A DNA stretch of 64,000 nt from Salinispira sp. (GTDB lineage: Bacteria > Spirochaetota > Spirochaetia > DSM-27196 > Salinispiraceae). The notes under the pieces are model-generated. The model was given only the letters and a program-made list of their open reading frames with translations, made no database searches and was not told the origin of the DNA. The position numbers and the translations under genes are program-made. The stretch spans positions 2,208,001 to 2,272,000 of the forward strand of contig OZ271918.1 of assembly GCA_965602015.1 (NCBI GenBank), in the 5' to 3' direction. Shown one piece after another: positions 48,924 to 57,935 of the stretch (within the stretch, counting starts at the first letter, position 1; every line of letters starts with the position of its first letter).

Positions 48924-49460
48924 CTAGTAGAGCAGGTCCGCGCGCATGGTTTCGGTGAGAAATTCATGAAACACATACACATTGAGCCCGTTTCGCCGCT
49001 GACCGGGGGATGCGAAGCCCTTCATCACCATCTGCTCCAGTTCATCCCTCGCCTGCTGGGCCGGGACCCCGGATTCGAGGGCGAGCTGGGCCGCCGTGAG
49101 TATGCCTCCGTTTTCTTCAGCCAGGATGAACATCAGATGTTCCAGGCTTTTGGCCTCGGGTCTCTGGGCAGCCCGGGGTCCGTGGGGAGGAGCCGGGGGA
49201 GCGACGACATACTTCCGCCCGCGGTCGTACTCCTCGGAGTCGAGCTGATGTTCAATATACAGACGACGATTGGTTTCATCGACGAGCTTCGGCATTCTGA
49301 TGAGGTCGACGAGGGTGCCTATGCCTCCCCATCCCCAGGTTATCAAATAGAAAAAACCCGAAACGGGTTTACCCAAATAAAAGCGGTGGATTCCCGCGAA
49401 GCCAAGGGCGCTGGCGAGGCATAGTAGGTAGGAATCCCGCAAACTCTTTTTTTTACTCAC
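48924..49460 (-). CDS. TM2-domain protein with C-terminal winged-helix-like region
   Basis: GFAGIHRFYLGK..GFFYLITWG..G..VDL; GTG start with AGGAG. Confidence 0.85.
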   Translation of the reverse strand: MSKKKSLRDSYLLCLASALGFAGIHRFYLGKPVSGFFYLITWGWGGIGTLVDLIRMPKLVDETNRRLYIEHQLDSEEYDRGRKYVVAPPAPPHGPRAAQRPEAKSLEHLMFILAEENGGILTAAQLALESGVPAQQARDELEQMVMKGFASPGQRRNGLNVYVFHEFLTETMRADLLY

Positions 49461-49537
49461 GTATGGTCTCCTGAAAACGGTACTGCACAGTATACTTCAA
49501 TCCCGGGGGATTATTCAATTTACAGCGGGTCCGGGGC

Positions 49538-50887
49538 TTATTCCACCATCTGCTCATCATCGCGGCTGATGATGATTTCACCCTTTTCCTCGAGATGCCG
49601 CAATCGGATAATAAAATCCCTGGTTGCCTCGTCGACTTCCTTCCTGGGAAGGGGACCCATGTAATGGTACACCTCGCTGATGGCTATGCTGCGCTGATTA
49701 CTCACGTTTCTCAGGAACCGGACCCGAATGGCCTCATCCTTGCCCTTCATCAGCAAGGCGATTTCTTCATCGCGCATTTCGGCCAGGATCTTCTGAAGAT
49801 CGGTGTCGCGGATATGCAGTACCCGTTCGATGGTAAACAATCGTTCTTTTATCTGGGCCTCGACCTCAGGGGAGCGCAGACCAAGGTCTTCGAGCAGATT
49901 GCGTTCGCTGCTGGCATCCATGCTCCGGAGAATCTCGGCCAGAACCTGGGCGCCGTCAAGATACTCGCTCTGCTGGGTTCCGATGCGCCGGATTTTTCCC
50001 TTCAGGGCTTTTGCGATGCTGTGCATCACCTCCGCCGACAGTTTGACCCGCTCGCCCATGGTCTTGATGATTTGGGGTTTTACCTCATCCGGCAGATCCT
50101 TTAATAGCCCGGCGGCAAGCTTTGGTTCCAGATGGCTGAGGATGATGCCGACGAGTCTGGGCGGTTCCTCCTTGAGAAGTACCTTCAGCTGGTTTGGCTC
50201 GAGCTCGTTGAGGAACTCGAGCTGATCGATTCCCGCAGGAGCCGCATTTCGCTCAAGAATCTCCGCAGCCCGGTGGCGGCCGAGGGAACGCTCGAGCAGT
50301 TCCTGGGCAAACTCCCTTCCGCCTCTGAGACGCTGCTGCTCTTCCGCCGCGGCAACATGGAAGCGCTCTATGATTTTTTTGCTTTCTTCCGGCTTGAGAA
50401 CCTTTATCCGGCTGATTTCCAGACTGATGGCTTCGACCAAATCGTCGGGCAAAAGGGCGAGGATTTTCGAAGCCTGGTCCTGGCCCATAAGCATGAGGAA
50501 TCCGGCGATTTCCCGAAGCGTCGGTTTCTGACCGGGTTCGGCCTGGGTGACGATTTTAATGAAGTCCGCGGGTTTGACAGCGGATTTTATAAATCCCGCA
50601 TCCGTGGGGCTTTGGGCGCGTGCTTTTGAGGACACAACGGAATCCATGGCAGATTTCGGGATACCCGACGCGCCGCTGTCAGTTTTGGCTGCCGGGGTAG
50701 CGGAACGCGGGAAATGTCCTTCGGTGCTTTTGGCCCCGGCGGCCAGGGCGTCGAGAGCCGATTTATTGGTTTTTGCCGAAGCCTTGCCGCTGGGAGAGTT
50801 GCCGCGGTCCGCTGATGCAGAACCGTCAGAAGACTTTTTTGCCTTTCCGGAATTGTACGCGTTTTGCACCCGTTTGTTCATCTTCAT
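49538..50887 (-). CDS. fliG: Flagellar motor switch FliG paralogue (FliG1-like) with low-complexity N-terminal extension
   Basis: GGREFAQELL, EEPPRLVGIILSHL, IKERLFTIE, LRNVSNQR, LEEKGEI. Confidence 0.88.
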   Translation of the reverse strand: MKMNKRVQNAYNSGKAKKSSDGSASADRGNSPSGKASAKTNKSALDALAAGAKSTEGHFPRSATPAAKTDSGASGIPKSAMDSVVSSKARAQSPTDAGFIKSAVKPADFIKIVTQAEPGQKPTLREIAGFLMLMGQDQASKILALLPDDLVEAISLEISRIKVLKPEESKKIIERFHVAAAEEQQRLRGGREFAQELLERSLGRHRAAEILERNAAPAGIDQLEFLNELEPNQLKVLLKEEPPRLVGIILSHLEPKLAAGLLKDLPDEVKPQIIKTMGERVKLSAEVMHSIAKALKGKIRRIGTQQSEYLDGAQVLAEILRSMDASSERNLLEDLGLRSPEVEAQIKERLFTIERVLHIRDTDLQKILAEMRDEEIALLMKGKDEAIRVRFLRNVSNQRSIAISEVYHYMGPLPRKEVDEATRDFIIRLRHLEEKGEIIISRDDEQMVE

Positions 50888-50995
50888 ATGCCTAGAATAG
50901 AGGCCGGCGGAATTTAGGTCAATATTAGGGGACCGGCTTTACCGGGCTTTTGCAGAACGGGCCATATTTAGACCACAACCGGTCGAACTCGCCGT

Positions 50996-51553
50996 TCAGG
51001 CGTACCACTCAGCCTCACGCAGCTCGCTTTTCGCCTGACTGGCCATTCGGTAGGCGTCGGCGGCGACACGCATGTCGGCGGTAGACGGATTGCCCGGAGC
51101 ATACGCAGCCCGGATCACCTTTTGGGCCTTCGCAAGAGTGGAACGGGGGTCTCCGGGAACTTCCGACAGGTCGGCTTTTACCGCACCGCCTACCGCATAG
51201 CTCTCGCCGTCCACTCCGGTTCTCGTGTGAAGAATAATGCCCGAAGCCGCTGCGCTACCGAGAGCATACAAATGTGCCCGCTCGTGAGCCCGAATTTCCG
51301 CGTCTCTCATGGCCGCCGAATCGCTGGTCGTAAGGACATAATCGGTGCCCGCAACCCTCAACCCTTCACGTGACATTCCGCAGGATTGAGGGGATTCCAT
51401 GTGGGATTCCCCTGCCCGCTCGCTCTCACCGGCGTTTGCCTCATCATGCAACTTGACCACCAACACCCTTTCGGTTTCGGTGTCCGTGCCGGGAGTCTTG
51501 GGATGCATGCCGGGAACCCTGGGGCCCATACCGTAATCGTAGGCGATTCTCAT
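50996..51553 (-). CDS. SprA-related family putative metalloprotease
   Basis: RDAEIRAHERAH, GVDGESYAVGG, APGNPSTADMRVAA. Confidence 0.8.
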   Translation of the reverse strand: MRIAYDYGMGPRVPGMHPKTPGTDTETERVLVVKLHDEANAGESERAGESHMESPQSCGMSREGLRVAGTDYVLTTSDSAAMRDAEIRAHERAHLYALGSAAASGIILHTRTGVDGESYAVGGAVKADLSEVPGDPRSTLAKAQKVIRAAYAPGNPSTADMRVAADAYRMASQAKSELREAEWYA

Positions 51554-51650
51554 TATTACCAGAATAATAGAGAATTTGCGCTTCGGCAAATTCTCAAACC
51601 GAGGGGGCCAAAGGATATAGAATGTGACCGACCTTTTTTTTCAGCTCCGG

Positions 51651-51679
51651 TTGACAATACAGGCTCTACCGACTATAAA
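51651..51679 (+). promoter_or_regulatory. Sigma70 promoter of tRNA-Phe
   Basis: TTGACA-17nt-TATAAA. Confidence 0.85.
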
Positions 51680-51701
51680 TACCATCACGTGAAAACGTAA
51701 T

Positions 51702-51774
51702 GCCGCTGTAGCTCAGTCGGTAGAGCAAGGGACTGAAAATCCCTGTGTCATCAGTTCGATTCTGATCGGCGGCA
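51702..51774 (+). tRNA. tRNA-Phe (GAA), CCA not encoded
   Basis: Cloverleaf: GCCGCTG/CGGCGGC-A acceptor, AGCTCAGTCGGTAGAGC D-arm, AGGGA-CTGAAAA-TCCCT anticodon arm, GTTCGATTC T-loop. Confidence 0.97.
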
Positions 51775-52029
51775 TGCATAAAAAAGCCCGGACCTTGCGT
51801 CCGGGTTTTTTTATGTAATTCGTCATTGAAGACATCACTGTTGTTCGATTCTATTATTTCGCGCACCGCAGCGGCATATGCCGATGCGAGGAGCGCGAAT
51901 ACTACCGTGCGTATCGCACATCGGGTCGGATCGTAGCCGGGGTGCGGCAAAGACCGATCCCGAAAAGCCCGAAGGGCGAGAAACGCACGGACAATCGGCG
52001 GCATAGATAAAAAAGCCCGGACCTCGCGT
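51765..52029 (+). repeat. 36-bp direct repeat of tRNA 3' end plus terminator arm (51765-51800 and 51994-52029) with a structured insert between
   Basis: ATCGGCGGCATgcATAAAAAAGCCCGGACCTtGCGT vs ATCGGCGGCATagATAAAAAAGCCCGGACCTcGCGT (33/36 identical). Confidence 0.9.
51777..51815 (+). terminator. Intrinsic terminator after tRNA-Phe
   Basis: CATAAAAAAGCCCGGAC-CTTGC-GTCCGGGTTTTTTTATG. Confidence 0.9.
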
Positions 52030-52199
52030 GAGGCCACTGAAAAGGTTGCAGATTCAAATGAGTCTGTAGCGTTTTTTTCGCCTTTTGCATAGTGTTGCCA
52101 AAAGACAAAAACAACCCCACATGATTTACATTATTAAATTCGTAATTCGTTTCAGATTAACAGTAAAAAGTGTCAATGCAGCCTGCAGATTCAGATTTG

Positions 52200-52477
52200 T
52201 GAGCATCGCGATTCCCTTCTCACTGCTGAGCACGACGGAGCTGATTGAACGAAGCAGCGAAGCATTCGCTTCGATAATCCCGGTATTTCCGATCAACTCG
52301 CCATCGATATCAAGTTCGCTCATATCATTGACGATGGCTCGTACATCCAGTTTCCGCTTGTGCGCCTGGACAAGGAGTTTGCGAAAATGGGTAGTTTTTC
52401 CCGAACCGTGAAATCCGTTTACGACTCGCGGGAATCGGCGATTTGACTCTACCGGACTGCTGTTCATTCGTTTTCAC
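52200..52477 (-). pseudogene. Frameshifted, truncated COG0523 (CobW-like) GTPase fragment
   Basis: ..KSPIP in one frame joins VVNGFHGSGKTT..IVNDMSELDIDGELI..SISSVVLSS in another; similarity ends after ~90 codons. Confidence 0.8.
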
Positions 52478-52515
52478 TGTTCTTCTTTTCCTCGGATGGG
52501 TATATGCCGCCAAGC

Positions 52516-52544
52516 TTGACGCAGGGGAACGCGGGTAATACTAT
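52516..52544 (+). promoter_or_regulatory. Sigma70 promoter of the COG0523-COG0523-fur unit
   Basis: TTGACG-17nt-TACTAT, 11 nt before ATG 52556. Confidence 0.65.
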
Positions 52545-52555
52545 ATCCACCGTCT

Positions 52556-53656
52556 ATGAAACAGCCGTCGACGCTTCCAGGTAAAATCCCTGTGGTAATC
52601 ATCACCGGTTTTCTCGGATCGGGTAAAACCTCACTCATCGCCGATCAGCTCGATGGATCTCAGGATGATCTGGCCGTTATCGTTCACGATCTGGGCGAGG
52701 AAAATATCGATGTCGCATTTCTCAAGGGGGGAGAGCATGTTTCCCTTACCTCAAATACACGGATCAGATCCGTCTCATCAGGGTACCTGACTTCCTCTCA
52801 CCTCGATCAGTTGACCAGAGAAATCGATGCGCTATCGGATCTCGAACCCCGGCCGATGGCGATATTAGTTGAGACCTCCGGCGCTGCCAATGTGGTGCCG
52901 GTCATAGAAAAGCTCCGGGCTCCCGGTGAGTCCTGGGAGCTCATTTCCGTCTTGACCGTCCTGGATTCCTCGGTGATCGGTGATTACCGGGAAGACCCTT
53001 CGATCGCCCCCCTTCTGGAGACCCAGGCCTTATCGGCGTCTTTACTGATCCTCAACAAATGGGACCGGGCAAACCGAATCCAGCGGAAGCACGCCAAAAC
53101 CTTTGCCGATTATATTCGTTCGAAGAACGGGTCAGACCTGGAAACCACGAAGTTCGGCCGGATCAAACTCCGGCTTCTCCTGACCCGTCGCCTGATCCCC
53201 GGCAAAAGCTCACTACCGGAGGCCAATACCCGGGAATCAATCGAGTCGTTCCATCTGACGACACGGCGGCCGTTTCACCCCGAACGACTGGAGAGATGGC
53301 TGGACACATCCTGGACAGGCATCATCCGCGTCAAAGGCTTCGTTTGGATAGCCAGCGATATGGAGGGCATTTATGTGCTCGACGCCGCGGGCTCACAACG
53401 GGAAGTAGGCCTTGAGGGTACCTGGTACGCCAGCGTTGCCGACGACGAGCTTCGGGACGATCCGGAGGTTCAAAAACTCGTGAAGGAGCATCCCTTCGGA
53501 GACCGAAGACAAGCCCTCACCATAATCGGAAGGCCCGAGAGCATTGCTCAGGCAAAAAACGAACTCGAAGCGGCACTGCTCCGGGATGATGAAATGGCTA
53601 TAGGACCTGAGGGATGGCAATCATTCCCGGATCCCCTTACCGGAAAATTTACGTGA
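52556..53656 (+). CDS. COG0523/CobW-family G3E GTPase lacking the CXCC motif
   Basis: IPVVIITGFLGSGKT, VETSG, LNKWD, CobW_C RRPFHPERL..RVKG..FGDRRQAL. Confidence 0.9.
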   Translation: MKQPSTLPGKIPVVIITGFLGSGKTSLIADQLDGSQDDLAVIVHDLGEENIDVAFLKGGEHVSLTSNTRIRSVSSGYLTSSHLDQLTREIDALSDLEPRPMAILVETSGAANVVPVIEKLRAPGESWELISVLTVLDSSVIGDYREDPSIAPLLETQALSASLLILNKWDRANRIQRKHAKTFADYIRSKNGSDLETTKFGRIKLRLLLTRRLIPGKSSLPEANTRESIESFHLTTRRPFHPERLERWLDTSWTGIIRVKGFVWIASDMEGIYVLDAAGSQREVGLEGTWYASVADDELRDDPEVQKLVKEHPFGDRRQALTIIGRPESIAQAKNELEAALLRDDEMAIGPEGWQSFPDPLTGKFT

Positions 53657-53663
53657 GTCCCGA

Positions 53664-54590
53664 ATGAAGGCGATTCTGTTCGGCGGATTCCTCGCTGCAG
53701 GCAAAACCACCGCGCTGAATCAGGTTCTCGGTTTCATTCGTGGTGAAAAACCCCATGCCCGAGTGGCCCTGCTCATAAACGAATTCGGCGATCGGTCGGT
53801 GGATACCGCGATGTTTTCAACTGAGGTCTATCAGCGGGAAATCAGCGGAGGCTGCATTTGCTGTTCCTTAAGAATGGCGTTGATTGAACAGGTCCGGGAG
53901 ATTCGGCAGACGGTGAACCCGGATTTTTTACTCATCGAAGCGACGGGCCTTGGGATCCCCGAAGATATCCTGAACTCCATCGGGTCAATCGGAGCCTGCG
54001 AATCCGCCGGAATTCTCTGCGTGGATCCGGCACATGTGACACTGTATGGCCAAAGAATACCGCTTTTTTCCCGCCAGCTTGCCGGAGCGGACACGGTGCT
54101 CCTGACGAAAACAGATCTGTATCCGCCGGAGAAGAACCAATCAATTTTATCTGAACTAGAAAGCACATACCCCAACATCACGATCTACCGTTCTCCGATC
54201 AATGCGCTCAAGGGACTCATTTATCGCTCAAATTCGAGCGCTCTCGGATCGATACGTCCGGAGGAACCCGGCCAGGAAGCTCCCGGGCTGGGCATCAGTC
54301 AAAAAAGTCTGGTTCTCGAGTCACCCGTTTCATTGAGCGAGCTGGAGTCTTCCTGCCGGCGGATCAGTGATGAGTACGGATCCGCACTCCTGCGCATCAA
54401 GGGCATTATCCCCCATGATGAGCAGTGGGTGGTTTTTCAATATTACAACCAAAGCTTCCGGATGTATGAGCATAATGGAGCAAGACCGGATAGCCCGTTC
54501 ATCGTCATAATCGCCCTCGAAAAAATGATGCGGGAGGTAGAACCAACCCGATTATTCGCTACGGCGAACATCTTGAAATCGGGGACATAA
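53664..54590 (+). CDS. COG0523/CobW-family G3E GTPase with CXCC
   Basis: GGFLAAGKTT, LINEFG, GGCICC, IEATG, LTKTD, LLRIKG. Confidence 0.9.
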   Translation: MKAILFGGFLAAGKTTALNQVLGFIRGEKPHARVALLINEFGDRSVDTAMFSTEVYQREISGGCICCSLRMALIEQVREIRQTVNPDFLLIEATGLGIPEDILNSIGSIGACESAGILCVDPAHVTLYGQRIPLFSRQLAGADTVLLTKTDLYPPEKNQSILSELESTYPNITIYRSPINALKGLIYRSNSSALGSIRPEEPGQEAPGLGISQKSLVLESPVSLSELESSCRRISDEYGSALLRIKGIIPHDEQWVVFQYYNQSFRMYEHNGARPDSPFIVIIALEKMMREVEPTRLFATANILKSGT

Positions 54591-54609
54591 GCACCTATGG
54601 TTTGAATAT

Positions 54610-55035
54610 ATGAGCCATCCAAAGGTATCGGAAATACTCGAGAGAAGCGGTCTCAAAGTCACCCAGCAACGATTACTCCTGCTAAAGACAATTCTCGATT
54701 CGCAGGCGGTTTTTACCGCAGCATTCTTGGAAAAAGAGGTGGCCGGGAAGATGAACTCGGTCACGGTCTACCGCATACTCGCCGCATTTCAGAAACATGA
54801 CATCATCCGTGAAGTGATTTCAAGCGATGTTACCCGGTTCTATGAGTTGTCCCGCTCCGATGAACCGGCCCATCCCCATTTTCTCTGCCATGATTGCGAT
54901 CAGATCCTCTGTCTCGAACCTTTGAGCCCGGAAGATTTTGCCATGATCCGCAGCTTATCTAAGAATCATCAAATCCGCAGCGTAGCAATACAGTTCACCG
55001 GCATTTGCGAGGAATGCCGGAAAAAGCATTCTTAG
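54610..55035 (+). CDS. Fur-family regulator (Zur-like)
   Basis: GLKVTQQR, VTVYRIL, HPHFLCHDC, GICEEC. Confidence 0.92.
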   Translation: MSHPKVSEILERSGLKVTQQRLLLLKTILDSQAVFTAAFLEKEVAGKMNSVTVYRILAAFQKHDIIREVISSDVTRFYELSRSDEPAHPHFLCHDCDQILCLEPLSPEDFAMIRSLSKNHQIRSVAIQFTGICEECRKKHS

Positions 55036-55074
55036 TATTTACAGCTTCCTGTTTAAACCGTATTCTCATTTTAT

Positions 55075-55091
55075 ATGCAACTTAGTTGCAT
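55075..55091. promoter_or_regulatory. Perfect 8-1-8 palindrome, candidate operator of the adjacent Fur-family regulator
   Basis: ATGCAACT-T-AGTTGCAT in an AT-rich intergenic region 40 nt upstream of 55132. Confidence 0.7.
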
Positions 55092-55131
55092 TTACTACAT
55101 TCATACTAATTACCTGCCTGGAGCATGATAT

Positions 55132-56280
55132 ATGGGTATTTTGAACGTTTTTTCTCATTCGTCGCCTATGTACGATGTCGCTATAGTTGGGGCCGGTCCC
55201 TCGGGAATCGGAGTAGCCGCTATTCTTAAGGACTTAGGGTGCGAGAATTACATTATTCTCGAGAGGCATCAGCCGGGCTATTCGTTTACCAAGTGGCCCG
55301 AAGAAACCAAACTTATCACCCCTTCATTTACGACGAATTTTTACGGTCAGATGGACTTAAACGCCGTCGTACAGGGCACCTCTCCGGCATACTCACTGGG
55401 CATGGAACACCCATCAGGCAGAGATTACGCCCGATACCTGAATTTGGCTGTGGAGCATTTGGATCTGCCGATCCGCGCTCCTTTCGACGTGTCCGCAGTC
55501 GAGGGGGAAGGTGGGTACTTCCGTATCAAAGCTCAGGACGGATCATCCATTGACGCAAAGTATGTCGTCTGGGCCGCCGGGGAGTTTCAGTATCCTAGGG
55601 AAGACAGTTTTCTCGGGGCAGAGCATTGCAGACACTACGCACATATTGAGCGATTCAGCGACTATTCGGGTAAAAATGCCGTGGTTATTGGAGGGTATGA
55701 AAGCGGGATCGATGCGGCGATCCATTTGAGCAGGCAGGGTAAAACGGTGAAGGTAATCGGAAAAACCCCTTTCTGGACAATAAACACCACCGATCCCAGT
55801 AATAATCTCAGCCCTTTTACCCGGGAAAGGCTCACGGAAGAAATGGCCAAAGGCCGCATTGAGCTGATCGGAGATACTCGGGTAGTGGAAGTGGAATTTG
55901 CCGATGGTATCTACCGCATTCACACGGATGCATCATCGATAGCCATTGAAAGCCCTGCTCAGCCGATTCTGGCCACCGGATTTCTGTCCAGCCTCTCCGT
56001 GGTACGTGAGCACTTCGCATTCCCGGAAGACGATTGGATTCCCAGCCTTACCCAGGAGGATGAGTCGGTTATTGCTCCCGGTTTGTTTCTCGTCGGTCCC
56101 CAGGTACGACATGATTCGATCATTTTCTGTTTTATATACAAATTTCGCCAACGCTTCGGGGTTGTGGCCCGGGCCCTGGGACATCGCTTGGGATTGGATA
56201 CCACCAAAACAGAAAAATACCGTCAGGAAGGACTTTTAATGGATGATTTATCTTGCTGCTCACAGGAGTGTTCATGTTGA
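55132..56280 (+). CDS. NAD(P)/FAD-dependent oxidoreductase (flavin monooxygenase/TrxR-like) with Cys-rich tail
   Basis: IVGAGPSG, WAAGEFQYP, IGGYESGIDAA, LATGF, FCFIYKFRQRF, C-terminal SCCSQECSC. Confidence 0.88.
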   Translation: MGILNVFSHSSPMYDVAIVGAGPSGIGVAAILKDLGCENYIILERHQPGYSFTKWPEETKLITPSFTTNFYGQMDLNAVVQGTSPAYSLGMEHPSGRDYARYLNLAVEHLDLPIRAPFDVSAVEGEGGYFRIKAQDGSSIDAKYVVWAAGEFQYPREDSFLGAEHCRHYAHIERFSDYSGKNAVVIGGYESGIDAAIHLSRQGKTVKVIGKTPFWTINTTDPSNNLSPFTRERLTEEMAKGRIELIGDTRVVEVEFADGIYRIHTDASSIAIESPAQPILATGFLSSLSVVREHFAFPEDDWIPSLTQEDESVIAPGLFLVGPQVRHDSIIFCFIYKFRQRFGVVARALGHRLGLDTTKTEKYRQEGLLMDDLSCCSQECSC

Positions 56281-57935
56281 CTGCGGAACGTCAAGTGAAA
56301 AACAGTACCCAAAAGTCTACTGTGGTGATTATCGGGAAGGAGAGCACCGGGAAAACCCGTCTCATTTCATCGTTGACGGGGCACTCGGGCCATTCCACCA
56401 ATGTGAAAGGCACGACTGTCCACTGTGATCGCTATGAGGGGCATTCACACATTTTTATCGATACTCCGGGGATTATCATCGAAGAGGATACCCACACGAC
56501 GAAAAGCGCGCTGGAAGCCCTAGCTGATGCAGAGCACGTGATGCTTGTGGTCAGCGCGCTTCAAATCGATGAGGATCTGGCAGATTTGCTTCCCCTTGTT
56601 CGGGGTAAGACCGGGATGGTCGTCATAAGTTTTTGGGATAAATTCAAGGGCAATCAAAGCGCGGCGGAACAGCTCCGTACCGAGGGAATAGCTTGCATAG
56701 AAGTAGACGCCCGGAACCTCGATGAGAAAAGCATTGAGGCGATTCATGGGGAATTAGCTAAGGAGCATGATTTTACCGATAATGAATACATTTCCCAACA
56801 CTTCTGGCGCTATACCCCGGAAAAAACCCTGTTCGATCGACCCGTAGCTGGCAAGATTGCATCCTTATTATTACTGTTCCTGCCGGCAGCAGCAGCAGTG
56901 TATTCCGCCAATTCCTTGGCGGATGCCTTGTACGGCCCGCTCTATTCTTTATTTTCTCCGCTGCTTAACGCGGTCAATAGCCTTCCGGCTCCGTTGAATT
57001 ACTTCCTCGGACTGGACTACGGAATCGTTGCCATGTTTCCATTTTTACTATTGTATGCCCTGCCCACCATACTGCTATTCGCCGTTTTTCTGGGAATCTA
57101 TAAGACCAGCGGCCTTTTGGACAAAATATCAGCTTCGATCCACCCTTTATTGGCGCCATTCGGCCTTGGCGGTCGGGATCTGGTGAGAGTCGTCATGGGT
57201 TTTGGGTGTAATGTTCCCGCGGTGATTAACTCCCGGGCCTGCTCAGTCTCAACCCGTCGGGCCTGTGTACATGCAATCGGATTCGGATCGGCATGTTCAT
57301 ACCAGCTGCCGGCCACCATTGCGGTTTTCAGCGCGGCGGGCCTTGGATATCTCGCATTTCCGTTTCTTCTGCTTTTGACTGCGGCGACGCTGTTCTATTT
57401 ATTCTTGTTGCGAAAAGGCCGGAGAGAACGCGTGCGGCTCTCCCTTGTCAGCAACTCCGGGCTGCTCACCAGGCCGGGGTTCAAAGACACGATGCTCGAA
57501 GTCCGCGGGGTTATCAGACAGTTTTTCACCCTGGCCCTTCCGGTCTTTGTGCTGATCTGCCTTGTGGCCTCCCTGCTCGCCTGGACCGGATTACTCGATG
57601 CCATGACCCGGGCCGTCGCTCCGTTAATGGGCATATTCCGGCTGCCCCCGGAAGCAGCACCGGCGGTAATTCTGGGCTCGGTAAGAAAGGACGGCATCGC
57701 CATTGGTCTGCTCAATCCGGATTGGGGCTCGTTCAAGGCGGGAGTCCTTACCCCCCTTCAAACCTTAACCGCGGTATTTCTCGCGGGCACTCTTCTGCCC
57801 TGCCTGGTGACCGTATGGACGATTCGAAAAGAGTTCGGCATCAGGCGCACCGCATCCCTGGTCATGAGACAGATGGGGTTCTCGGTTATGGCCACTCTCG
57901 CCATCGCCTGGATCGGCGGCCTCCTGGTCATGTAG
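56274..57935 (+). CDS. FeoB-like GTPase plus Gate-domain membrane transporter
   Basis: GKESTGKT, GTT, DTPG, variant G4 SFWDK; Gate motifs GFGCNVPAV and LLPCLVT; ATG 56274 with AGGAG. Confidence 0.85.
   Translation: MLTAERQVKNSTQKSTVVIIGKESTGKTRLISSLTGHSGHSTNVKGTTVHCDRYEGHSHIFIDTPGIIIEEDTHTTKSALEALADAEHVMLVVSALQIDEDLADLLPLVRGKTGMVVISFWDKFKGNQSAAEQLRTEGIACIEVDARNLDEKSIEAIHGELAKEHDFTDNEYISQHFWRYTPEKTLFDRPVAGKIASLLLLFLPAAAAVYSANSLADALYGPLYSLFSPLLNAVNSLPAPLNYFLGLDYGIVAMFPFLLLYALPTILLFAVFLGIYKTSGLLDKISASIHPLLAPFGLGGRDLVRVVMGFGCNVPAVINSRACSVSTRRACVHAIGFGSACSYQLPATIAVFSAAGLGYLAFPFLLLLTAATLFYLFLLRKGRRERVRLSLVSNSGLLTRPGFKDTMLEVRGVIRQFFTLALPVFVLICLVASLLAWTGLLDAMTRAVAPLMGIFRLPPEAAPAVILGSVRKDGIAIGLLNPDWGSFKAGVLTPLQTLTAVFLAGTLLPCLVTVWTIRKEFGIRRTASLVMRQMGFSVMATLAIAWIGGLLVM

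Noticed and set aside
52085..52101. Second copy of the TGCAAC-N3-GTTGCA operator
   Set aside because: Spacing is off by one with mismatches, and it is not upstream of an intact gene
56251..56280. Selenocysteine read-through at the TGA after the Cys-rich tail
   Set aside because: The next gene starts in an overlapping frame with its own RBS; no SECIS-like hairpin seen
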